Assembly (NCBI GenBank): GCA_934086145.1
Contig: CAKOHV010000002.1
Location: 450 to 64,449, forward strand
DNA: 64,000 nucleotides
DNA from: an uncultured Bacilli bacterium
GTDB taxonomy: Bacteria; Bacillota_I; Bacilli_A; RF39; UBA660
Direction: 5' to 3'
The position numbers were made by a program, and so were the translations under genes. Positions within the stretch are counted from its first letter, which is position 1, and every line of letters starts with the position of its first letter. The notes below the pieces were generated by a model that made no database searches, was not told the origin of the DNA, and was given only the letters and a program-made list of their open reading frames with translations. Shown here in pieces: positions 20,568 through 29,872 of this stretch.

Positions 20568-20828
20568 CTAAAAAAAGAACCTTCCTAAACAATACACCCA
20601 AATAATTAAAAAGACTAAATGACATAAATGAAATTTCCATTTCAAAGTTTTATGATGAAATACATACATTCCAAGAATGCAACCAAAAACACCACCACTC
20701 ATAGCTATCAATAACAAAGTTCGCTCTCGAATACGATGATGACGACGCATTGCTTGCACTTTATCATAAGCATAGAATATAACTCCTGTAACATTTAAAA
20801 TTATTAAATACCAATATATATACTTCAT
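20568..20828 (-). CDS. DUF1294-family small membrane protein
   Basis: The pattern YAYDKVQAMRRHHRIRERTLLLIAMSGGVFGCILGMYVFHHKTLKWKF is characteristic of DUF1294. Confidence 0.6.
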   Translation of the reverse strand: MKYIYWYLIILNVTGVIFYAYDKVQAMRRHHRIRERTLLLIAMSGGVFGCILGMYVFHHKTLKWKFHLCHLVFLIIWVYCLGRFFF

Positions 20829-20872
20829 TAAATATAACACCATCCCAATTATAGCAAAAAAGAGCTTAAACT

Positions 20873-22165
20873 TTAAGCTCCTTTTTTACCTTGTAAATTA
20901 TGACTTTTAATAACTAAATAAATTATAAGTCCCATCAAAGGTAACGCAATCAAGACAATTAAACTAATCTTTAAAATATTCCCTATATTATTATTTTTCT
21001 TTTCTGGTTCTAAAACATTTGCTTCTAAAACCTCTTCTTTTTCATTTTGACCAATAACCCCATACTGACTCAAGTGAGTCGTTTTAAAGACAATATAACC
21101 ATCTTCAATTGTTCCATCAATATATTCTGCTATTTCGCCATCATCATTTACATAAATTATTTTATAGTTATCATAATTAGTATTTTCATCTAATTTAATT
21201 TTTATTATAAATGAATTATCTTTCATTTCTACTTCTTTTTTACCATTATAAATAGAAACATCGTAAAGGCTAACTATTTCAAAATCCTCTACTTTCTCCG
21301 TATATTCAGATTTTTTATCATCTAAGTCATTAACATTTAGCTTATATTTATTATTTAATTTAGTATCACTTATTAATATAACTTTATCTGTTTTTAGTGT
21401 TGTCGTTTTTGAACTAGTTTTCTTTTTCGTTTTACTAGTTGTTTTAGTAATAGTTGTTGGTGTTGTTTGAACTTCTTCTTTCGTTTCTTCTGTTTTCTTT
21501 TCATATTTTATTATCCCATAACCATCAGCAACGGTTGCTACAAGTTCTGTTTTAATATGTTTTGCCAGCCATGACTCTGTAACACTTACTGAAGTCATAC
21601 TAACGTAATCAACGGCTTGCACCATACTATAATCTTCTTCATTAAATTCCTCTGGTAAATTATTTTTTTCTTTTAATGAAACATAATTGGTCTTAAAGTT
21701 ACTCAAAGTATCCTCATACACTATTTCATCATTAGAAATTAAAGTCTTGTCATTATAAACAAAACGATAAACCATTTCACCATTAACAACTAATTTAACA
21801 TAAGCATCTTCTTTAAATTTTAAGCTTCCTGTTCCTACTACATTTATCGGTAATTCACCGACATGGAACATTGCAATATTATTTTCCTCATTAAGGTTTA
21901 AAGTAACTTCTGTTTTATCCCAGGTTGCGAAATAGTAAGCATTAAAATTGGTCAGCGATATGCTATTTCCTTCTCCTGAATAATAAATGGCTTCTCCAAC
22001 ATTTCCATAACTTTGCCCCTTACAAATATACTTTTCAGTATCCAAACTTGAAGATTGTTTATAAGACGCTAAAACTTGACAATCACCAATCGTTAATGCC
22101 TTAATACTACTTATTTGCCATACCAAACTAAGTAATATTATGACAAAAAAACTTCTCTTTTGCAT
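20873..22165 (-). CDS. Secreted surface protein with C-terminal membrane anchor
   Basis: Signal-peptide-like N-terminus, a T/K-rich linker (TTPTTITKTTSKTKKKTSSKTTT), and a C-terminal TM (ISLIVLIALPLMGLIIYLVI) with a basic tail. Confidence 0.55.
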   Translation of the reverse strand: MQKRSFFVIILLSLVWQISSIKALTIGDCQVLASYKQSSSLDTEKYICKGQSYGNVGEAIYYSGEGNSISLTNFNAYYFATWDKTEVTLNLNEENNIAMFHVGELPINVVGTGSLKFKEDAYVKLVVNGEMVYRFVYNDKTLISNDEIVYEDTLSNFKTNYVSLKEKNNLPEEFNEEDYSMVQAVDYVSMTSVSVTESWLAKHIKTELVATVADGYGIIKYEKKTEETKEEVQTTPTTITKTTSKTKKKTSSKTTTLKTDKVILISDTKLNNKYKLNVNDLDDKKSEYTEKVEDFEIVSLYDVSIYNGKKEVEMKDNSFIIKIKLDENTNYDNYKIIYVNDDGEIAEYIDGTIEDGYIVFKTTHLSQYGVIGQNEKEEVLEANVLEPEKKNNNIGNILKISLIVLIALPLMGLIIYLVIKSHNLQGKKGA

Positions 22166-22267
22166 AAAATATTCACTACTTTCTTAAAAAGGGAACTAGT
22201 CTATGATAACACTTTAAGTTTCAAAAAAAAAGAAATTAAGGAATGATATAACTTATATATATAACTA

Positions 22268-22549
22268 TCAGCTATTGTTATAAGCTACAGTTAATAATTC
22301 ATCATCTTCCAAAATTTCCGTATAATAATGTTGTAAAATCGACTTAATTCGGGCTATTTCTCCAACATTTTCATCATTAATTTCCATCTGATAAACAGCT
22401 TCACGCATTTCCAAATAAAACTGTTCAAAATCCTTTATTTCTTCCGTCGTTACCATTCCAACAACATAAGAATCAATTATTACAAAATGTTTTTTCTCAA
22501 GTTCTATATAGGCCTTTTGTAACTCCGCCATACTATTATACCTTTTCAT
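22268..22549 (-). CDS. Hypothetical small acidic protein (93 aa)
   Basis: The ORF starts 2 nt after the upstream membrane protein gene ends. No motif recognised. Confidence 0.4.
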   Translation of the reverse strand: MKRYNSMAELQKAYIELEKKHFVIIDSYVVGMVTTEEIKDFEQFYLEMREAVYQMEINDENVGEIARIKSILQHYYTEILEDDELLTVAYNNS

Positions 22550-22550
22550 T

Positions 22551-23177
22551 TTAAAACAATCCTATCATAACAATTAATGAAACAATAATTAAGAAAAACA
22601 TACATGTTATATTAAATATCTTATCTTTTAACTCTTGTTCAAAATAAACATCCATATGATCCAAAGGATTAAGTTTTATTTCCTTAATACTGCCAATATC
22701 TGGAACATTTTTTGTAAAATATCTTACATAAGGTACCTCATAGTTTTCATCTTTAACTGAATAAGCATAAATTGGTAAATAAGCTTCTTTCTTTAAGTTA
22801 GGATTCTTTTCTAAATCAACAACTTGAGCTTCAACTACTAAAGTATGAGTTTCTAAAATTTTTTTTCTACGATAACATTCTAAAATAAAAGCTGTTAACA
22901 TCGTAATTACAATACTTAAACAGAAGGTAAAAGTTATAGAATCAGCTAATACTAAAACCTTTGACTTATATAATATAACAGCTATAATCGTACTAAAACC
23001 AATTCCAACACATAAATAACCATAAGTTTTCTTTAATAAGATAAAACATATGCCTAAAATCAATAAAACTACTGAGCCAATAGCCGTTATCAAAAATAAA
23101 TTATTTCTAAAAATCAAAATTAATATTGCTGCAACTACTCCTACTATATACATTATTATATTTATTATTTTTTCCAT
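22551..23177 (-). CDS. Hypothetical membrane protein (4 N-terminal TM + soluble domain + C-terminal TM)
   Basis: Hydrophobicity pattern read from the 208-aa translation. Confidence 0.5.
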   Translation of the reverse strand: MEKIINIIMYIVGVVAAILILIFRNNLFLITAIGSVVLLILGICFILLKKTYGYLCVGIGFSTIIAVILYKSKVLVLADSITFTFCLSIVITMLTAFILECYRRKKILETHTLVVEAQVVDLEKNPNLKKEAYLPIYAYSVKDENYEVPYVRYFTKNVPDIGSIKEIKLNPLDHMDVYFEQELKDKIFNITCMFFLIIVSLIVMIGLF

Positions 23178-23189
23178 TTTACCACCATC

Positions 23190-23408
23190 TCAAACCTTTT
23201 TTTCTGGTACCGGGTCAAAGCCACCTTTACAAAAAGGATTACATCTTAGAACTCTTTTTATTGTTAAATAGCTCCCTTTAACTACCCCAAATCTTTCTAT
23301 AGCTATTATAGCATAATTAGAACAAGTTGGTTCAAAGCGACAACTATTATGCCAAGGTCCCGGTATCATCTGATATAATTTTATCATCTTAATAAACAAA
23401 GCCTTCAT
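23190..23408 (-). CDS. yidD: Membrane protein insertion efficiency factor YidD
   Basis: CRFEPTCSNYAIIAIERFGVVKGSYLTIKRVLRCNPF.KGGFDPVP is the YidD signature. Confidence 0.85.
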   Translation of the reverse strand: MKALFIKMIKLYQMIPGPWHNSCRFEPTCSNYAIIAIERFGVVKGSYLTIKRVLRCNPFCKGGFDPVPEKKV

Positions 23409-23616
23409 ATATTATCACAGAAATAAGATAACATAACATTCCCAATATGTAAAGACAGGAAAAAAGGTCCCTTCCGAGACCAAATACAATTAATATTATT
23501 TCAATTCAAACAATCACTTTAAATTCCAATAAGTAAAAATATTTTTTTTATTTATTATTCTTTCTAAATAAATCCTTACTCTTTTTTATCTATTTAATCA
23601 AAATGATTAAACCTAA

Positions 23617-24348
23617 TTAATCACTGTTATTTTCATTTTTTATCATATAACTATATAAATCATTTTTTAAATCTTTAGCTAACTCATATAATGTTTTTTC
23701 ATTATTCTCCATAAACTCATCTTCATAATTAGTTAAAACATCTACCATATTTAGTAAACCATCTTTGTTCGAAATTAAATAATAAAATTCATAATATGCA
23801 TCTTCTAAAGATTCATAAACGTCATTAAAATTTTTTAAATCAATTTTCTTTTCTAAAATTAAATACTTTTTTATTAATTTATCTTCACACTTTTTTACTA
23901 CTATAACTTTATTCTCTTTTTTTAAATAATCATCTAATAACACAAACTCTAATTTTACTTTTTTATGCAAATAAAACCAATTTCGTGCTTTTATATCATA
24001 CAAATAAAATTCATTTACTTTTTTTTCTCTTTTAATAAATTTCCAAAATTCTTGACGATTTTTAAAAATATACTTTTTCTTCTTTAAATTGCCATCACGG
24101 TAATAAGCTAAAGTAACATCTTTTTGTCTCTCGCAATATTTAAAATTATGAGCTATTAACTTATCAGGCCTAATCTTCTTTCCCAATAAATATATATTAC
24201 CCAAATCTATAAGTTTTCTAACTTTATTTATATTTTTATAATAGTAATTCAAAATAAAACCACATTTTTCTAAACCACCATCACAACGACAATATATTCC
24301 TTCGATCCTTTCTTTATTATCTATAAAAATGTAACTACTATTATTCAT
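23617..24348 (-). CDS. Hypothetical protein (243 aa, K/Y/N-rich)
   Basis: ATG at 24348 preceded by AGAGGTGA. No recognisable domain. Confidence 0.45.
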   Translation of the reverse strand: MNNSSYIFIDNKERIEGIYCRCDGGLEKCGFILNYYYKNINKVRKLIDLGNIYLLGKKIRPDKLIAHNFKYCERQKDVTLAYYRDGNLKKKKYIFKNRQEFWKFIKREKKVNEFYLYDIKARNWFYLHKKVKLEFVLLDDYLKKENKVIVVKKCEDKLIKKYLILEKKIDLKNFNDVYESLEDAYYEFYYLISNKDGLLNMVDVLTNYEDEFMENNEKTLYELAKDLKNDLYSYMIKNENNSD

Positions 24349-24426
24349 GTAATCACCTCTAACATACAAGCTCTACTTATATATTATACTTGAATAATAA
24401 TATTTCTTTTTTATTTTTCAATATTT

Positions 24427-24963
24427 TTATATAAATAACTCACTTCTATTAAATTCTTTATTTCTTCTATCGAACAGATAATCATCTTCCATTTTATTAT
24501 AGTTACAATATAAATTTTTTAGATTTTTCCATTCTTTTAGTAAGCCACTTTTTTGTTTATTTTGATTATAAGTTACACAAATCTTAAACCATAAACTATT
24601 AGAAGCGATATTTACAGTTAAACCTTTTTCTTCAAAAAACATACAAAAGCCTTTTATAGCTTCCTTAATTAATCTTTTATTTTTTTGACTATCATAACCG
24701 GGTATTTCTATATCAATATATAAAGGATACATTTTTTTATTAAAAACATATTTATAAAGCTTTTTTGCTTCTTTAAAAGCTAATTCAAAATCAGTAGCAA
24801 AGCTATGCCAATAGAAGCCTAGTGGTCTATCAACTCGATTCTTTAAATAACAAACTTCTAAATAGTCAGTAACTTTTTTAAAATAAATATCTTCATTTGC
24901 TAATTCATCAATACTTAAATCCGTCATAACTTCATTTTTACTCACTTTTGCACCAACTTTCAT
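24427..24963 (-). CDS. Divergent GH25-like muramidase (endolysin-like, no signal peptide)
   Basis: GFYWHSF...EAKKLY...LYIDIE...FCMFFEEKGLTVNIASNSLWF follows the GH25 pattern GaYHF..EA..F..LDvE..F....G....iYt..w. The N-terminal catalytic Asp region is unclear. Confidence 0.35.
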   Translation of the reverse strand: MKVGAKVSKNEVMTDLSIDELANEDIYFKKVTDYLEVCYLKNRVDRPLGFYWHSFATDFELAFKEAKKLYKYVFNKKMYPLYIDIEIPGYDSQKNKRLIKEAIKGFCMFFEEKGLTVNIASNSLWFKICVTYNQNKQKSGLLKEWKNLKNLYCNYNKMEDDYLFDRRNKEFNRSELFI

Positions 24964-25231
24964 TTTTATATCTTTACTGTCGTTAAACCTTCATATAAAA
25001 TTATTGAACTATATTTTTAAATAATTTTATAATTTTAAATACTTTTCATTGTAGTCAAATTCTTTAACTTATACCTATCACCTCTTTGTTAACCCCGTGA
25101 CTCTAGAATAAACTTTTTTACCTTATAAAATCAATTACTATATAAACAATTCTAATGCTTATTTATGCAACAAGCCCTTAACTTGCTATGCAACACCCCA
25201 CGCAACACCACAAAATTCGACAAAATCCGCC

Positions 25232-25263
25232 ATTTTTCAACTTTTTTCAACTTTTTTCAACTT
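25232..25263. repeat. 10-bp-phased tandem repeat (TTTTTTCAAC x3) = phased A-tracts
   Basis: Read directly: catttttCAACttttttCAACttttttCAACtt. The helical-repeat periodicity predicts intrinsic DNA curvature. Confidence 0.8.
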
Positions 25264-25703
25264 AAAGCATTCATTTCTTTACTTAATCTCACACCTTATC
25301 TTAAATAATATTTTTTTACCTAAAAATTTTTTAAAATCTAAAATTTTAACTTACTACCATAAAAGAAACTTCTTACCAACAAAACATCTTCTCTTAAATA
25401 CCAAGTATACTCCATTACTTAGTATCAAATTGCCTAAAAAAACTTAGTAACTTCTTACGCAACATCTTTATTTACGTCCTATCCTTACTATATAAGAAAC
25501 GCCTTTTTCACGTACATTACCAAGAATTTTTATAATAAAATTTAAAGGCTATTTTTAATAAGCAAACACGTTAACATACTCAATTTTCTACTATAAAAAA
25601 CATTTTATTGCTATAGTATTTAGTATTATCTACCCTACATCATTTAGATAAGATATTTCACTTTAAATAATGATTATCAAAACTTTCAGGAAAAAAATGA
25701 GTC

Positions 25704-25730
25704 AAAAAAAAATCACCGAAGTGATTTTTT
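25704..25730 (-). terminator. Bidirectional rho-independent terminator after the secreted-protein gene
   Basis: Stem aatcac/gtgatt with loop cgaa, flanked by an A8 run and a T run. Confidence 0.7.
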
Positions 25731-25749
25731 CCACTAAAGTGACTTTCTA

Positions 25750-26505
25750 TTACCAAGTACCTTCCCAGTAAACATGGGCTTCTGGTGTATTGTCATATTT
25801 ACTACTAACTGATGTAGCTAAAACAATTCCATAAGTACTTGCTACATATTTTTTTGCTTCTGTAAGAGATGATGTCTTCTGAGCATGTGCATAATCACCT
25901 GTTGCTGCCTGAGCAGTTATTGTACCTTCTTCAGATTTTTTAACATCAAAATACAAAGTTTGTTTTAATGAAGACAATGTTCCTGTAGGCAAGGCAAATG
26001 AAACACCAATTGCATTATCAAAATTCAAAAATGAGCCATTACGTTCTGTTGTACAACTACCACCAGAAATACAATAATATTGAGTAAAAGTTCCGCCAAT
26101 ACGTGGTTTAACGTTACTAGGGTAACCAATTGACATTATGTCATAACTTCTTGTTTTAGGATATTTCTGCCAAACAAGAATATTTTTATAACGATAATAA
26201 CTACCATTAGCTAAAATACTCGTTTCCATGTACTTATATTCTGTAGTTATACCAGCAGAATTATATGGTTCCGCCACATTATCATCCGCTTCGGCTGCAT
26301 CATACTCATCTTTACTTATTTCTACTGTCCTATACAAGTCATTTGAATCAGTACTAAAAGTTGAAACCTCAGGAGCATAGTGAATAGTTTTATAGTATTT
26401 AGTTACTGACGCAACAACATAAAAGCCCTCATCCTCACTTGCATGAACCACAAATGGTACAACTAACAACAAGGCTAGAAGCAAACCCAATCCTTTCTTT
26501 TTCAA
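25750..26505 (-). CDS. Secreted hypothetical protein (251 aa)
   Basis: Signal peptide MKKKGLGLLLALLLVVPFVVHASE. No other motif recognised. Confidence 0.55.
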   Translation of the reverse strand: MKKKGLGLLLALLLVVPFVVHASEDEGFYVVASVTKYYKTIHYAPEVSTFSTDSNDLYRTVEISKDEYDAAEADDNVAEPYNSAGITTEYKYMETSILANGSYYRYKNILVWQKYPKTRSYDIMSIGYPSNVKPRIGGTFTQYYCISGGSCTTERNGSFLNFDNAIGVSFALPTGTLSSLKQTLYFDVKKSEEGTITAQAATGDYAHAQKTSSLTEAKKYVASTYGIVLATSVSSKYDNTPEAHVYWEGTW

Positions 26506-26597
26506 AACTATTTCCTCCTTTCATGCCTTCATTTTATAAAACATTTAATAAAATTCAAAGAAATATTTACGCAACTACAGAAGCTATTTAAGCATCA

Positions 26598-27386
26598 TCA
26601 TACTCTAGACAATACAACATCATATCTTCCAGTTTCTTTACTTTCATAATTTTTATAAGAAATTGAAAGAGTTAAATTTTCATCTATATCAAGTAGTTCA
26701 CTTTCAAAAGACAAATCAAAATAATCAAAAAACGTATGAATTTTTTCAACTTTATCACTTTTAAAAAAAGTATTATAAATCATTTTATTACCTGAATAAA
26801 TATTCAGTGTAACTTCGTTAGCAGATGGCTCTAATTCCTTACCATAATTTTTTGAAACATAATTAATGCTTCGAAGGCTAAACATTTTTTTATTACGATT
26901 AAAAAAAATTTGACCACTACAACTTATTTCACTAGAATCAGATTTAACATTATAAAAATCCCACTTATTATTATTCTTAATTATCCAAAAACAAGTTAAA
27001 AAGATGATAAAAAATAATAATATTGTACCAAAAACCTTAATACATTTATTTTTTATAGAAGTAGTATACATTTCAATTCCATTTAACGTCGCTTCATCTG
27101 TTTCTGCGGCCGAATCATCATCTATTATTTCCCCACATAATAAATCATTAACAGTAACATCTAAAACTTTAGCTAATTTCATCAAACGAAAAATATCCGG
27201 AGCATAACTGCCACTTTCCCATCTCGAAACAGTCCCCTTATTTACACCAACCAACTCTGCCAACTGTAATTGTGTCATATCTTTCTCATTACGAAGTGAT
27301 GCAATAAATTGGCCAAGTTTTTCTGTACTCATTTTTCTTGATCTTTCTACATTTTCATTCGTTATACATTGTCTTTTCATATACAC
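26598..27386 (-). CDS. Membrane-tethered XRE-family HTH transcriptional regulator
   Basis: HTH_3 pattern LRNEKDMTQLQLAELVGVNKGTVSRWESG, one TM (VFGTILLFFIIFLTCFWII), and an extracytoplasmic C-terminal domain. The true start may be an internal Met. Confidence 0.65.
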   Translation of the reverse strand: MYMKRQCITNENVERSRKMSTEKLGQFIASLRNEKDMTQLQLAELVGVNKGTVSRWESGSYAPDIFRLMKLAKVLDVTVNDLLCGEIIDDDSAAETDEATLNGIEMYTTSIKNKCIKVFGTILLFFIIFLTCFWIIKNNNKWDFYNVKSDSSEISCSGQIFFNRNKKMFSLRSINYVSKNYGKELEPSANEVTLNIYSGNKMIYNTFFKSDKVEKIHTFFDYFDLSFESELLDIDENLTLSISYKNYESKETGRYDVVLSRV

Positions 27387-27566
27387 TACTTCCCACTCCT
27401 TTTAATTATCTCAAAAAAAGGTCTTTAAATCATTATAAACTTAATAAACATTTTTCCAAAACTAAAAAAAACTCCCGAAAAATAACCAAAAAATTATTTT
27501 TTCACATTTCCCAGACTTTAAGCATAAGTTAAAATTTATTTGGAATAATAACATTGGGTGATTCTA

Positions 27567-28025
27567 ATGTTAGAAGAGAGATTAAGAGAAACAAGAGAAT
27601 TATTAGAGTTAAAAGGTAAAGATGTTGCTAAGACACTAGGAGTATCAAGTAAAACAATTTATGGTTACGAAAAAGATTATGATACTATTCCACTAAGAAA
27701 TCTTATTAAATATGCCAATGAGTACTCTTTTAGCTTAGATTATCTATTTGGTCTTACAAACAAAAACGTTCCATATGAGCCAATTAAAATCGATTTAAAA
27801 GCCTTAGGACAAAATTTAACAAAACTACGCATCAAAAACAACTTATCTCAAACATATATAACAAATAAACTAAATATTGCTAGCGGTGCTTATTCCCACT
27901 ATGAAAACGGAAAATATCTATGTACCGTCAAATGTTTAAAAGGCTTAATAAAAATATATGATAAGATTTCTATAGATCAATTATTTAACCGAGTAAAAGC
28001 AAACAAAAACACTAAAGCCAACTAA
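27567..28025 (+). CDS. Tandem-HTH XRE-family regulator
   Basis: Two HTH_3-like halves (LKGKDVAKTLGVSSKTIYGYE and NNLSQTYITNKLNIASGAYSHYENG). It is transcribed divergently from the membrane XRE gene. Confidence 0.6.
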   Translation: MLEERLRETRELLELKGKDVAKTLGVSSKTIYGYEKDYDTIPLRNLIKYANEYSFSLDYLFGLTNKNVPYEPIKIDLKALGQNLTKLRIKNNLSQTYITNKLNIASGAYSHYENGKYLCTVKCLKGLIKIYDKISIDQLFNRVKANKNTKAN

Positions 28026-28044
28026 GGAAATTAGTGTTTTTTTA
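28008..28044 (+). terminator. Rho-independent terminator after the tandem-HTH gene
   Basis: aacactaa...ttagtgtt stem followed by a T7 run; it overlaps the stop codon. Confidence 0.5.
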
Positions 28045-28251
28045 TTTACATTATTTTTTTAATACTTTTTTACATTAAATTTATTAAAATCAATCTAAAT
28101 TATTTTTAAATTTTTTATCTTTTTACTAAATATTACTAAAAACATTATAAAAAGCATAATATTTTTATTTTTAAAGAACAAATATCTTGCCACTTGTTAT
28201 ATTTTTTCAAAATGAAAATATAATTTTTAAATAAAATCTATCCAAGTTTTA

Positions 28252-28298
28252 AAATTAAAAAAAGGCATTATAAAAGCCTCTTTAAAAGAGGCTTTATA
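28252..28298 (-). terminator. Terminator region after the tRNA-Arg/tRNA-Pro unit
   Basis: Stem aaagcctct/agaggcttt, then on the minus strand tataatgcc and a T8 run. An alternative short aggc/gcct stem abuts the T-run. Confidence 0.5.
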
Positions 28299-28306
28299 AA
28301 CAAAAA

Positions 28307-28383
28307 TGGTCGAGAAGACAGGATTTGAACCTGCGACCCCTAGTTCCCAAAACTAGTGCACTACCAAATTGTGCTACTTCTCG
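28307..28383 (-). tRNA. tRNA-Pro (anticodon UGG)
   Basis: The minus strand reads CGAGAAGTAGCACAATTTGGTAGTGCACTAGTTTTGGGAACTAGGGGTCGCAGGTTCAAATCCTGTCTTCTCGACCA. Anticodon loop is TT-TGG-GA and CCA is encoded. Confidence 0.9.
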
Positions 28384-28391
28384 ATAAATAA

Positions 28392-28468
28392 TGGTGCGCC
28401 CAAAGGGAGTCGAACCCCTAACCTTTTGATCCGTAGTCAAACGCTCTATCCAATTGAGCTATGAGCGC
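28392..28468 (-). tRNA. tRNA-Arg (anticodon ACG)
   Basis: Cloverleaf GCGCTCA..AGCTCAATTGGATAGAGC..TTTGA-CTACGGA-TCAAA..GGTTCGACTCC..TGGGCGCACCA, anticodon ACG. Confidence 0.9.
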
Positions 28469-28502
28469 ATATAACTGTGCTTTTTCTCATAAACGCAAAT
28501 AC

Positions 28503-28531
28503 ATTATATCTTTATTTATTGAAAAAAGCAA
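28503..28531 (-). promoter_or_regulatory. Putative promoter of the tRNA-Arg/Pro unit
   Basis: On the minus strand: TTGCTT, 17-nt spacer, TATAAT, about 35 nt upstream of the tRNA-Arg 5' end. Confidence 0.45.
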
Positions 28532-28691
28532 GCTTTTTTTTTAAAAAAGTGCAAAATATCTTCATAATCTTTCAATATTTAAAATAATTATCCCTATTAT
28601 CCCTCTTGACACTTATAGATAAGAAAAAATTTACTCTACCTTTTTATCAACAACTATCACAATTATTATATGAATATGTTTTATTTATTAC

Positions 28692-28718
28692 ACAAAAAAA
28701 ACAAGGAAACCCTTGTTA
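28692..28718 (-). terminator. Rho-independent terminator after the five-tRNA unit
   Basis: On the minus strand: aacaagg-gttt-ccttgtt followed by a T8 run, just 3' of tRNA-Lys. Confidence 0.7.
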
Positions 28719-28729
28719 ATTTTTAAAAA

Positions 28730-28805
28730 TGGTGTCCCGCTGGGGATTTGAACCCCAGACCCTCTGATTAAAAGTCAGATGCTCTACCAACTGAGCTAGC
28801 GGAAC
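28730..28805 (-). tRNA. tRNA-Lys (anticodon UUU)
   Basis: GTTCCGCTAGCTCAGTTGGTAGAGCATCTGA-CTTTTAA-TCAGAGGGTCTGGGGTTCAAATCCCCAGCGGGACACCA. Confidence 0.9.
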
Positions 28806-28812
28806 ATAAGAA

Positions 28813-28888
28813 TGGCTGCCTTGGATGGACTCGAACCATCGGAATGTCAGAGTCAAAGTCTGATGCCTTACCACTTGGCTACAAGGCA
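28813..28888 (-). tRNA. tRNA-Gln (anticodon UUG)
   Basis: TGCCTTGTAGCCAAGTGGTAAGGCATCAGA-CTTTGAC-TCTGA...GGTTCGAGTCCATCCAAGGCAGCCA. Confidence 0.9.
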
Positions 28889-28897
28889 ATACAGAAA

Positions 28898-28981
28898 TGG
28901 TGGGAGGACATGGATTTGAACCATGGAACCCGAAGGAACAGATTTACAGTCTGCCGCGTTTGACCACTTCGCTATCCTCCC
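28898..28981 (-). tRNA. tRNA-Tyr (anticodon GUA), long variable arm
   Basis: GGGAGGATAGCGAAGTGGTCAAACGCGGCAGA-CTGTAAA-TCTGT + variable arm TCCTTCGGGTTC + CATGGTTCAAATCCATGTCCTCCCACCA. Confidence 0.9.
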
Positions 28982-28988
28982 ACATTTA

Positions 28989-29064
28989 TGGTGCCGACAG
29001 AGGGAGTCGAACCCCCAACCTACTGATTACAAGTCAGTTGCGCTGCCAGTTACGCTATGTCGGC
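28989..29064 (-). tRNA. tRNA-Thr (anticodon UGU)
   Basis: GCCGACATAGCGTAACTGGCAGCGCAACTGA-CTTGTAA-TCAGTAGGTTGGGGGTTCGACTCCCTCTGTCGGCACCA. Confidence 0.9.
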
Positions 29065-29070
29065 AAAAAA

Positions 29071-29147
29071 TGGTGGGCGATATAGGACTCGAACCTATGA
29101 CCCCCTGCTTGTAAGGCAGGTGCTCTAACCAACTGAGCTAATCGCCC
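29071..29147 (-). tRNA. tRNA-Val (anticodon UAC)
   Basis: GGGCGATTAGCTCAGTTGGTTAGAGCACCTGC-CTTACAA-GCAGGGGGTCATAGGTTCGAGTCCTATATCGCCCACCA. Confidence 0.9.
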
Positions 29148-29169
29148 ATAACTCCTCTGGACAAGACTA

Positions 29170-29198
29170 AGTATACCAATTATATTGATTATTGTCAA
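29170..29198 (-). promoter_or_regulatory. Promoter of the Val-Thr-Tyr-Gln-Lys tRNA unit
   Basis: On the minus strand: TTGACA (29198-29193), 17-nt spacer, TATACT (29175-29170), about 23 nt upstream of tRNA-Val. Confidence 0.7.
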
Positions 29199-29651
29199 CA
29201 ACTTTTTCTCAATATTTTATATTTTTTCTTAATCTCTATTTTCATCTTATAATCTCTCACAAGACAAATATATTATATTATTAAAATTTCAAAAAGTCCA
29301 ACATTTTTTTACACTTTTTGCAATTTTTTGCATATTTTTCTAAAAAATGTCCTAATAATCCCATTTAAGTTCTATAAATTAGATAAAATAAGTCAAATTA
29401 AGCAACAAAAACTTTATTAATTTATTAAAAAAAACATAAAAAACATTTATTAAAAAATTTAATTGAATCAATATTATTCAAGTTCCAGTATAATTATTTA
29501 AAAATATTATTTCTAAATTAATTAATTTACTTTGTTCATTACAAACTAATACATATATTTATTTTCATAGTAAAAGATAATCAAATATTTTTTACATCAT
29601 AATTAATAATATTTTTAATAAATCATCCTTTTTATATTTCATTATATTTTT

Positions 29652-29680
29652 ACAAAATAAAAACCGCATCAATGATACGA
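29652..29680 (-). terminator. Putative terminator after the Ser-fMet-Asp-Phe tRNA unit
   Basis: On the minus strand: cgtatc-att-gatgcg (6 bp, one G-U) followed by gtttttatttt. Confidence 0.4.
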
Positions 29681-29715
29681 TTTGTATTATACTCGATAAC
29701 GAGTTTTCTTCAAAC

Positions 29716-29791
<76 letters not shown>

Positions 29792-29794
29792 AGA

Positions 29795-29871
29795 TGGCGG
29801 TCCGTACGGGATTCGAACCCGTGATCTTCTGCGTGACAGGCAGACGTCATAGGCCTCTAGACTAACGGACC
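29795..29871 (-). tRNA. tRNA-Asp (anticodon GUC)
   Basis: GGTCCGTTAGTCTAGAGGCCTATGACGTCTGC-CTGTCAC-GCAGAAGATCACGGGTTCGAATCCCGTACGGACCGCCA. Confidence 0.9.
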
Positions 29872-29872
29872 A

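Noticed and set aside
22268-23177. Membrane protein plus small acidic protein pair as a toxin/immunity module
   Set aside because: Only the tight spacing (2 nt) supports it. There is no toxin domain, no secretion signal logic and no polymorphic-toxin hallmarks.
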